Assembly: GCF_017433805.1 (NCBI RefSeq)
Contig: NZ_JAFRGN010000020.1
Location: 7,514-71,513 of the forward strand
DNA from: Butyrivibrio sp.
GTDB taxonomy: Bacteria; Bacillota; Clostridia; Lachnospirales; Lachnospiraceae
Direction of reading: 5' to 3'
DNA: 64,000 bases
Shown here: positions 57,739 to 64,000 of the stretch, in pieces
How the letters are laid out: the number at the start of each line of letters is the position of its first letter
Numbering within the stretch: position 1 is the first letter of the stretch
Position numbers and translations under genes: made by a program
The notes under the pieces: model-generated
What the model was told of the DNA's origin: nothing
Seen by the model: only the letters and a program-made list of their open reading frames with translations
The model's database searches: none

Positions 57739-59109
57739 ATGAAAGAGAGAGAAACACTTGGCAGCAGAATGGGATTTATTCTGTTGTCTGCAGGTTGCGC
57801 TATAGGAATAGGAAATGTGTGGCGCTTCCCATATATGGTAGGAGAGAACGGAGGAGGCCTTTTCGTTCTTGTTTACGTTCTATTCCTGCTGATCCTTGGT
57901 GTACCTATTATGACAATGGAATACGCCATGGGACGTTCATCCAGAAAGAGTATTCTTTTGGCTTACAAGCAGCTTGAACCAAAGGGTTCAAAGTGGCATA
58001 TTTTCGGATATTTTGCTATCGCAGGTAATTACCTTCTTTTGATGTTTTATTCAGTTGTTTCAGGTTGGATACTGAGATACTTTGTGCTGTCAGTTATGGG
58101 AGCCTTTGAAGGTCAGATGCCTGAACAGATAGAAGAATTATATCAGGAGATGATGAGTGGTCCTGTAGTTCTAATTGGATTTATGGCAGTTACTATGCTG
58201 ATCACTATCGTGGTTACTTCCCTTGGCCTTGAAGCAGGCGTTGAGAGAGTTACCAAGATCATGATGGTGGCGCTTATCATTATTATGATAGGCCTTGGAA
58301 TAAGATCACTTACACTTCCAGGAGCTGGAGAGGGTGTCAGATTCTACCTCATGCCAAATGCTGAGAATGTACGCAAGGTGGGACTTGGAAATGTTCTCTA
58401 CGGCGCACTTAACCAGAGCTTTTTCACACTTAGCCTTGGTATCGGCAGTATGGGGATTTTCGGAAGCTATATTCAGAAGGATAGAAGCCTTGTTGGAGAA
58501 GCACTTATTGTTGCAGCTCTTGACACCTTCGTTGCAATAGTTGCCGGACTTATCACTATTCCAGCCTGCTTTGCTTATGGAGTTGCACCAGACAAGGGGC
58601 CAAGCCTTATTTTCTTAACCCTTCCTAATGTGTTTGCATCCATGAAGGGCGGAAGATTACTTGGCAGTCTGTTCTTTTTGTTTATGTATTTTGCTGCTCT
58701 TTCTACAATGATCGGTGTATTTGAGAACGACGTTAGTTTTTCAATCGATCTTTTCGGACGCTCCAGGAGAAAGGCTTCATTAATAGCTGGTCTTGTGATC
58801 ACACTTGGCTCTATTCCATGTGCCCTTGGCTTTAACGTTCTTAGTTTTTTCCAGCCACTCAAGGCAGGAAACACAGTTATGGATTTAGAGGATTTTATTG
58901 TTAGTAACCTTCTGCTTCCTATTGGTGCTCTTATCAGCTGCCTGTTCTGTACCTGCAAGTATGGCTGGGGCTTTGAAAAGTACCTTGAAGAGGTCAACTG
59001 CGGAGAGGGCATTAAGGTAAGCCGGGGGCTTAAGTGGTATTTTAAGATCGTGCTTCCTGCAGCGCTTATATTCCTCGGCGTTTACGGCCTTTGGAGTTAC
59101 TTTGCATAA
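57739..59109 (+). CDS. Sodium-dependent transporter, NSS/SNF family
   Basis: AGCAIGIGNVWRFPY, GGG.F, E..MGR, QSFFTLSLG, AALST. Confidence 0.92.
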   Translation: MKERETLGSRMGFILLSAGCAIGIGNVWRFPYMVGENGGGLFVLVYVLFLLILGVPIMTMEYAMGRSSRKSILLAYKQLEPKGSKWHIFGYFAIAGNYLLLMFYSVVSGWILRYFVLSVMGAFEGQMPEQIEELYQEMMSGPVVLIGFMAVTMLITIVVTSLGLEAGVERVTKIMMVALIIIMIGLGIRSLTLPGAGEGVRFYLMPNAENVRKVGLGNVLYGALNQSFFTLSLGIGSMGIFGSYIQKDRSLVGEALIVAALDTFVAIVAGLITIPACFAYGVAPDKGPSLIFLTLPNVFASMKGGRLLGSLFFLFMYFAALSTMIGVFENDVSFSIDLFGRSRRKASLIAGLVITLGSIPCALGFNVLSFFQPLKAGNTVMDLEDFIVSNLLLPIGALISCLFCTCKYGWGFEKYLEEVNCGEGIKVSRGLKWYFKIVLPAALIFLGVYGLWSYFA

Positions 59110-59162
59110 TTTGTGCTTGGATATATCGTGATTTTTTAGATTTGAGTTTTGAGGTATTTGTA

Positions 59163-59654
59163 ATGAATAAAGATATTGTACCTGAGAATTTTACTATGGG
59201 ACTTGCGCTTTTTGACGCAGTCCCAGTTATTTTGTTTGGAGTTGCCACCTTTTTTTTGTGGCAGAATATTGGAGGATTATTCCTTCTATTGGGCGCACTG
59301 GTATGCTTTGTATCAGGAATGCTCAAAGTATTATGGAAAGTAATAGTAGTACTTCGCCACAAAAACGTATGGCCCTTGTTCCTCCAGATGAGAATCGGAA
59401 TGCCAGTTGGCTTTGTTCTTCTCATCATCGGCTTTATCGTAGCCGGCATAACAGGGAGGCTATCCGCCTTCGTTTCCGGGCTTCTTCACCCATTGCCACT
59501 ACTATTCATGTTCATCACTATCACCGGCATGACAGGCATGATCATTTGCGGCTCCAAGCTCGACTCCTCCGACGTCAAAGCCAACTGGATCGAGCAGACC
59601 TGCAACACCATCGCCTAAGCCAGCTTCCTCCTCATGACAATCCTTGCACTGTAA
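59163..59654 (+). pseudogene. Hypothetical membrane protein with probable premature stop (TAA 59616-18); intact product would end at 59654
   Basis: ORF 59163-59618 ends ...TCNTIA*; the frame continues ASFLLMTILAL* to 59654, just before the terminator. Confidence 0.5.
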
Positions 59655-59668
59655 CGTGTAAATTTAAA

Positions 59669-59709
59669 AACGGCAGGTGACCGGATATATGATCTGGTCA
59701 TCTGCCGTT
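59669..59709. terminator. Hairpin terminator between convergent genes
   Basis: aacggcaggtgaccggat/atctggtcatctgccgtt (with G-U pairs), A-tract on the 5' side. Confidence 0.75.
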
Positions 59710-59749
59710 GTATTTAAAACCTTAAGGAGAAAGGTTTTGGCTGAATTTA

Positions 59750-61480
59750 TTATGCTGAGATCTGCTCGAGTGAGAAGTAATCCATCTTCTCGTTGAGTGT
59801 CTCTGCCATGTTGCGGAGCTCTGCAGCAGCATCGCTGATAAGAGCGAATGTAGCGTTGAGCTCTTCCATAGAAGCGTTTGTCTCCTCTGTAGAAGCTGCG
59901 TTCTGCTGTGAAATAGCTGAAAGCTCTGCCATGATATCTGCAAACTTGTTCTTGAGTTCGTTAAGTGTGTTAAGCTTGTCTGCGATCATCTTTGTTGAGT
60001 TATCTACGTTGTTAACATTTACTACTACAGCGTCCATGTCATCCTTAGTAGATGTGAGCTGGCTGTTCTGTGCCTTCATATCTTCGCTGAGCTGCTCGAT
60101 TGTCTCAACTGACCTCTGTGACTCACCAACAAGAGTCTCAACGATCTTCTTGATTGATACAGCTGCTTCCTTAGACTGGTTAGAAAGGTTACCAATCTCT
60201 GTAGCAACTACTGAGAAGCCCTTACCATACTCGCCTGCTCTTGCAGCCTCGATAGAAGCGTTAAGAGAAAGAAGATGTGTCTGCTCAGCGATAGCTGTGA
60301 TTGCGTTTGAAGCCTCAGCAATATCTTTTACTGAATCATTTGTAAGGCGGATCTGTGCATTGATATCCTGCATAGAATTCATAACGCCCTGGTTAGTTGT
60401 CATAAGGTTGTTAAGTGTCTCAACTGTACGGTTAGCACCTGTCATCATATCACTAGCTGCAGCTGTAAGCTCTCCAACTCTCTCTGTGATATCGTCGATG
60501 CTATCACCCATTTCGTTAGTGTTGTTAACTGAAGTTTCTACGCTCTCAGCCTGTGAAGTTGCGCCACGGCTGATATCTTCAACTGCGCTTGTTACCTGCT
60601 CTGCAACATTTGAAGCTGTCTCTGCTGAAGTTGCAAGGCTTACACCAGACTTAGTAACGTCAGCGGAAAGCTCTTTTGTTGTTCTGATAACATCCTGAAG
60701 CTTGTCACGAACCTGTGCTGTACTGTTAGCAATTGTTCCAAGCTCGTCTCTACGGTTAAATGTACGATCATCAATGTAGAGGAACAGATCACCATCTTCA
60801 AGCTGCTTAAGTCCAGTGATGATGTCGCGGATTGATCTTGTTGATCTTGTGATGATGATACGTGCTACGCCCCAGTTAAAGAAGAAGAAAATCACAAATG
60901 TAAGGGTGATAGCGTTTGCAGCCTTCTTAAGGTTTGCCTCAACGATTGATGTGTCACGACCTGCAAATACCATACCAACGACAGTGCCATCTGTGTTCTT
61001 AAGTGGAAGATAGTATGTATACCATTCCTGACCTGCTATTTCAACATTATCTGCAAGGTACTCATTTCCACCCTTTAATACCTCAGAGATAACTGTATCT
61101 GAAGCCTTTGTTCCTTCCATACGCATACCTGTTGTAGCATCTGTAAGAGAAGTAACATAACGTGTATCACCATAGAATACTGTGAAGTGCATTCCTGTTT
61201 TCTGATTAAGATCATCGAGCTGACCCTGGATCAAGTCATGGACTTCCATATCGCCCTTTAAGAGCTGACCATCTTCAGATACTGACCAGTCACCCTCAAC
61301 CTGATGAGTAACCTGATTATCAAGAAGAACTGCTGCTGCGCGAAGTCCCTCTGAGAATGATGTGTAATAAGCTTTCTTAATGTGGTTGTATCCGATTACA
61401 CCGATAAGAGTGCACATAAGGCATGCAAGTACGGTAGCTATCAAAATGATAGTGCGGACCATGTTTCTTTTTCTTTTCAT
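59750..61480 (-). CDS. Transmembrane methyl-accepting chemotaxis protein (Cache-like sensor, HAMP)
   Basis: TM1, sensor with [12 protein letters not shown] and YYLPL, TM2, HAMP (RRDELG), [33 protein letters not shown] 61480 behind AAGGAG. Confidence 0.92.
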   Translation of the reverse strand: MKRKRNMVRTIILIATVLACLMCTLIGVIGYNHIKKAYYTSFSEGLRAAAVLLDNQVTHQVEGDWSVSEDGQLLKGDMEVHDLIQGQLDDLNQKTGMHFTVFYGDTRYVTSLTDATTGMRMEGTKASDTVISEVLKGGNEYLADNVEIAGQEWYTYYLPLKNTDGTVVGMVFAGRDTSIVEANLKKAANAITLTFVIFFFFNWGVARIIITRSTRSIRDIITGLKQLEDGDLFLYIDDRTFNRRDELGTIANSTAQVRDKLQDVIRTTKELSADVTKSGVSLATSAETASNVAEQVTSAVEDISRGATSQAESVETSVNNTNEMGDSIDDITERVGELTAAASDMMTGANRTVETLNNLMTTNQGVMNSMQDINAQIRLTNDSVKDIAEASNAITAIAEQTHLLSLNASIEAARAGEYGKGFSVVATEIGNLSNQSKEAAVSIKKIVETLVGESQRSVETIEQLSEDMKAQNSQLTSTKDDMDAVVVNVNNVDNSTKMIADKLNTLNELKNKFADIMAELSAISQQNAASTEETNASMEELNATFALISDAAAELRNMAETLNEKMDYFSLEQISA

Positions 61481-61554
61481 TTTTTTCTCCTTCCTTTTTC
61501 GATTGCAACATCGCAATCTATAAAAACTAACTATGAAACAATAATATAGAGCAT

Positions 61555-61585
61555 AAAAAAAGCATGGGCAGTCATGTCCATGCTT
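61555..61585 (-). terminator. Expression-platform terminator of the c-di-GMP riboswitch
   Basis: Minus strand AAGCAUGG-ACAUGACUGC-CCAUGCUU followed by U5, between the aptamer and the MCP start. Confidence 0.75.
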
Positions 61586-61614
61586 CGGATAATCCTAATA
61601 AACGTGAAAAATTA

Positions 61615-61693
61615 AGATGCAACTGGCTGACATGTTAAAGTCCCTATAGCTTTGCGCCACAAGCTTTCGCTTGCTTTGCCCGATATTTATTTA
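61615..61693 (-). ncRNA. c-di-GMP-I (GEMM-I) riboswitch
   Basis: Minus strand GGGCAAA-GCAAGC-GAAA-GCUUGU-GGCGCAAA-GCUAUAGGGAC-UUUAACAU-GUCAGCCAGUUGC matches the GEMM-I layout: P2 with GAAA tetraloop, P3, conserved CGCAAA and CAGCCAG. Confidence 0.87.
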
Positions 61694-61704
61694 AACCAAA
61701 GGAG

Positions 61705-61733
61705 ATTATATGGAAGTGCAAATAAAAAAGCAA
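61705..61733 (-). promoter_or_regulatory. Sigma-A promoter of the riboswitch-MCP transcript
   Basis: Minus strand TTGCTT (61733-28), 17 bp, TATAAT (61710-05); predicted start about 61698. Confidence 0.75.
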
Positions 61734-61834
61734 CAACATTTTGCACGCTTTACAAATCTTTTTGCATTGTGTGATAAGGTGACAAAAAACTGAACTAAAA
61801 CTTGTGTATTTTGCACAAAAACCTGCCTCAATTT

Positions 61835-61849
61835 ATGAAAACGCTTACT
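61835..61849. promoter_or_regulatory. cre/LacI-type operator candidate
   Basis: atgaaaacgcttact fits WTGNAANCGNWNNCW; lies in a divergent promoter region. Confidence 0.35.
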
Positions 61850-61886
61850 AATAGATATATAGGGAGCTCTTTAGTATAATGTCCCT

Positions 61887-62792
61887 ATGAGCATAGAGAA
61901 AAAGGCAGTTTTTCATCTGCCAGGACTATTTGAATTTTATGAACTGTACAAGGTGTTTCTGCCTCTTTTCAAAGGGCATAGAGAGTATTTCTATGACTGG
62001 TGCGAGATAGGCTCTATTTATGGTGCGCCTGCGGATTGCATCTGGGGCGGCGGAAGAGTAGGCTTTGGTGAAGCAGGTTCTACGGAAGTAGCTGCGCTTA
62101 TGAGAGAGTATGGGATTTCAGCAAGGCTCACATTCAGCAATTCCCTGATTCAGGAGAGTCACCTTATTAATAAGAGATGCAACGCTCTTTGTGATCAGTT
62201 CGAGCATAATGGCGATGTTCCAAGTGGCATCATCCTTCATTCGGACCTTTTGCTTGATTACATCAGAAACAGATACCCTGACTTTTATTTTGTATCTTCC
62301 ACCACCAAGGTGTTAACTGACTTTGATGATCTTGTGGAGGAGCTTAACAGAGAAGAGTTTAGCTATGTGGTTCCAGATTTCAGGCTTAACAGAGAAATTG
62401 ATAAGTTAAAAGAACTACCTCAGGCTTATAAGGATAAGGTAGAGTTTCTCTGTAACGAGTGCTGCTGGTTTGGCTGTTATGACAGGAAGAAATGCTACGA
62501 GAATGTCAGCCGTAAGAGTCTTGGAGAGGAATGCGAAGACCACGTATGTGTATCTCCTGATGCAGATAAGGGCTACAGGTTTTCTCTTGCCATGGAGAAT
62601 CCTGGTTTTATTGGAATAGACGCCATCCGAGACGTCTATATGCCTGCAGGTTTTTCTAATTTTAAGATTGAAGGAAGGAGCCTTGGAAGCGCAATAATCC
62701 TTGAGTTCCTTCTCTATTACATGACTAGGCCTGAGTATCAGCTCAAGGTAAGAGAAGAAATCTATCTGGACAGTTCGCTTGATCTGTTTTAA
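61887..62792 (+). CDS. Peptidase-U32-like Cys-rich TIM-barrel protein
   Basis: FKIEGR signature, CNECCWFGC.....C cluster, LSSTTK-like strand; function unknown. Confidence 0.6.
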   Translation: MSIEKKAVFHLPGLFEFYELYKVFLPLFKGHREYFYDWCEIGSIYGAPADCIWGGGRVGFGEAGSTEVAALMREYGISARLTFSNSLIQESHLINKRCNALCDQFEHNGDVPSGIILHSDLLLDYIRNRYPDFYFVSSTTKVLTDFDDLVEELNREEFSYVVPDFRLNREIDKLKELPQAYKDKVEFLCNECCWFGCYDRKKCYENVSRKSLGEECEDHVCVSPDADKGYRFSLAMENPGFIGIDAIRDVYMPAGFSNFKIEGRSLGSAIILEFLLYYMTRPEYQLKVREEIYLDSSLDLF

Positions 62793-62847
62793 CAGATAAT
62801 ATTTGTATATTGAATTAGAAATAAGAAGTATTGGAGTTTTAGTTTTA

Positions 62848-64000
62848 ATGGGTAAGAATCTTAAGTTTAGTAAGGACAAAGATCTAACTACAGGAAGCCC
62901 CTTTAGCCTGATCTTTTCTTTTGCAGTTTCAATGATGATGGGAAATGTCTTCCAGCAGCTATACACCGTTGTTGACAGTATTATTATCGGCAAGAAAATA
63001 GGGCCTCTAGGACTTGCAGCAATTGGAGGAACGGACTGGCTCATATTCCTTGTTAATGGCTTTTTGATTGGCCTTATTCAGGGCTTTTCAGTTATACTTG
63101 GCAAGAAGTTTGGGGAAAAGAACGAAAAAGACTTTGCTACTTATTATAAGAAGGCAAGACTTATCTGTCTTGTGATCTCTATAGTATTTGTTGCTGGGCT
63201 CCTTGTGTCATCAGGGCTTCTTTTAAGGCTCATCGGTACCAAGACAGAAGCCTTCAGCTATGCCAAGACCTATGTTGATGTGATCTTTGCCGGAATCCCA
63301 TTCCTCGTGTTCTACCAGTTTTTTGCAGCTGTACTCAGGAGCAGAGGTAACAGCCAGATTCATCTTATGGCCATGACCATATCTTCTATATGTAACATAA
63401 TCCTGGACCTTTTCTTTATATGCGTGCTGAACATGGGAATTGCAGGCGCTGCTCTAGGAACAGTTCTTTCAGAGTGCCTTGTTATGGTAATCTGCGGATA
63501 TTATGTCTACACCACAAGAAAGGGCGCTGTAACCACAGAGGGCAAGAGCACCGATGACATCAGTGTTCACACCGCTGGTAGTTCTGCAGTGGTACAAGAG
63601 CTTCTTACAGTGGGCCTTCCAATGGCTCTTCAGAGTGTTATCACTGCAATTGGAGGACTTATCGTAATCAGATGTGTCAACCAGTTTGAGATTGACTTCC
63701 TCACTGGCTACACAATCGCTGGCAAAATCTACGCTCTTCTGGAGATTGCAGCATCCTCCTATGGAATGGCAGTAGTAGCCTACGTTTCACAGAACTACGG
63801 CGCAGGCAGACATTACAGGATCAGAAGTGGCGTTCGTATAAGTGTCCTTATGGGCGTAGTTACAGCTCTTGTATGCTCTTTTATCATGATTTTCTTTGGA
63901 ACAGAGGGAATGAAGCTCTTCGTAGATGAAGCTACAGTTTCAGACAAGATATTTGTCTATGGTCAGGAATACCTCCTGATTCTCGGAATCTTTTACCCGC
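62848..64000 (+). CDS. MATE-family efflux transporter (3'-truncated; absent from ORF track)
   Basis: Hand translation MGKNLKFSKDKDLTTGSPFSLIF...QQLYTVVDSIIIG...RSRGNS...NIILD.FFI...MGIAGAALGT...GLPMALQ; open to the window end. Confidence 0.92.
   Translation, partial: MGKNLKFSKDKDLTTGSPFSLIFSFAVSMMMGNVFQQLYTVVDSIIIGKKIGPLGLAAIGGTDWLIFLVNGFLIGLIQGFSVILGKKFGEKNEKDFATYYKKARLICLVISIVFVAGLLVSSGLLLRLIGTKTEAFSYAKTYVDVIFAGIPFLVFYQFFAAVLRSRGNSQIHLMAMTISSICNIILDLFFICVLNMGIAGAALGTVLSECLVMVICGYYVYTTRKGAVTTEGKSTDDISVHTAGSSAVVQELLTVGLPMALQSVITAIGGLIVIRCVNQFEIDFLTGYTIAGKIYALLEIAASSYGMAVVAYVSQNYGAGRHYRIRSGVRISVLMGVVTALVCSFIMIFFGTEGMKLFVDEATVSDKIFVYGQEYLLILGIFYP

Noticed and set aside
59793-60698. 301-aa plus-strand ORF
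   Set aside because: Antisense shadow of the MCP coiled-coil (S/A/L-rich, no motifs). The same reasoning applies to the other nested or antisense track ORFs, e.g. 776-1372, 19357-19971, 49365-50066, 56736-57314 and 62415-63044.
61615-61693. 3',3'-cGAMP-sensing GEMM-Ib variant
   Set aside because: The position equivalent to nucleotide 20 is G, not A.
61710-61793. 27-aa ORF with an apparently perfect AAAGGAG RBS
   Set aside because: The 'RBS + ATG' is the reverse complement of the riboswitch promoter TATAAT region; probably coincidental.
1-64000. Mobile elements, prophage or defence island
   Set aside because: No integrase, transposase, phage structural gene, restriction-modification or toxin-antitoxin gene recognised; the WYL protein alone is insufficient evidence.

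Overview
Ordinary chromosomal window from an anaerobic Firmicute, most likely Lachnospiraceae (Butyrivibrio-like; inferred from gene content, codon style and sigma-A/Shine-Dalgarno signals). No rRNA, tRNA, transposase, integrase, phage gene or cas gene is recognisable. From start to end: (1) a galactoside/oligosaccharide ABC transporter + LacI + GH35 locus; (2) a small unknown gene plus a degenerate/active pair of membrane EAL proteins; (3) hisS-rhaM-HAD-CNNM; (4) the conserved scfA-scfB (SCIFF ranthipeptide)-secDF-recJ block, whose 48-aa precursor is missing from the ORF track; (5) the housekeeping run murE-priA-def-fmt-rsmB-rlmN-stp-pknB-rsgA; (6) an accessory zone (about 32.5-64 kb). The accessory zone holds a stand-alone condensation domain + acyl carrier + acyl-adenylating enzyme cluster (minimal NRPS-like fatty-acid-amide pathway) beside a TetR, a kinase/phosphorylase/deacetylase/phosphatase/GNAT run, a third EAL protein, a coupled patatin + 2-enoate reductase pair, FIST + soluble chemoreceptor, GH31, WYL + Memo/AMMECR1 fusion without its radical SAM partner, an NSS transporter, a membrane gene with a probable nonsense mutation, a c-di-GMP-I riboswitch-controlled chemoreceptor, a U32-like Cys-rich protein and a truncated MATE pump. 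Best candidates for new biology: the C-ACP-A acyl-amide cluster, the small-protein/pseudo-EAL/active-EAL module together with the c-di-GMP riboswitch, the patatin-enoate reductase pair, the WYL-Memo/AMMECR1 pair, a mosaic palindromic repeat at 3085-3232 and an orphan minus-strand structured RNA candidate after recJ. All family calls come from motif recognition by eye; no database searches were run.
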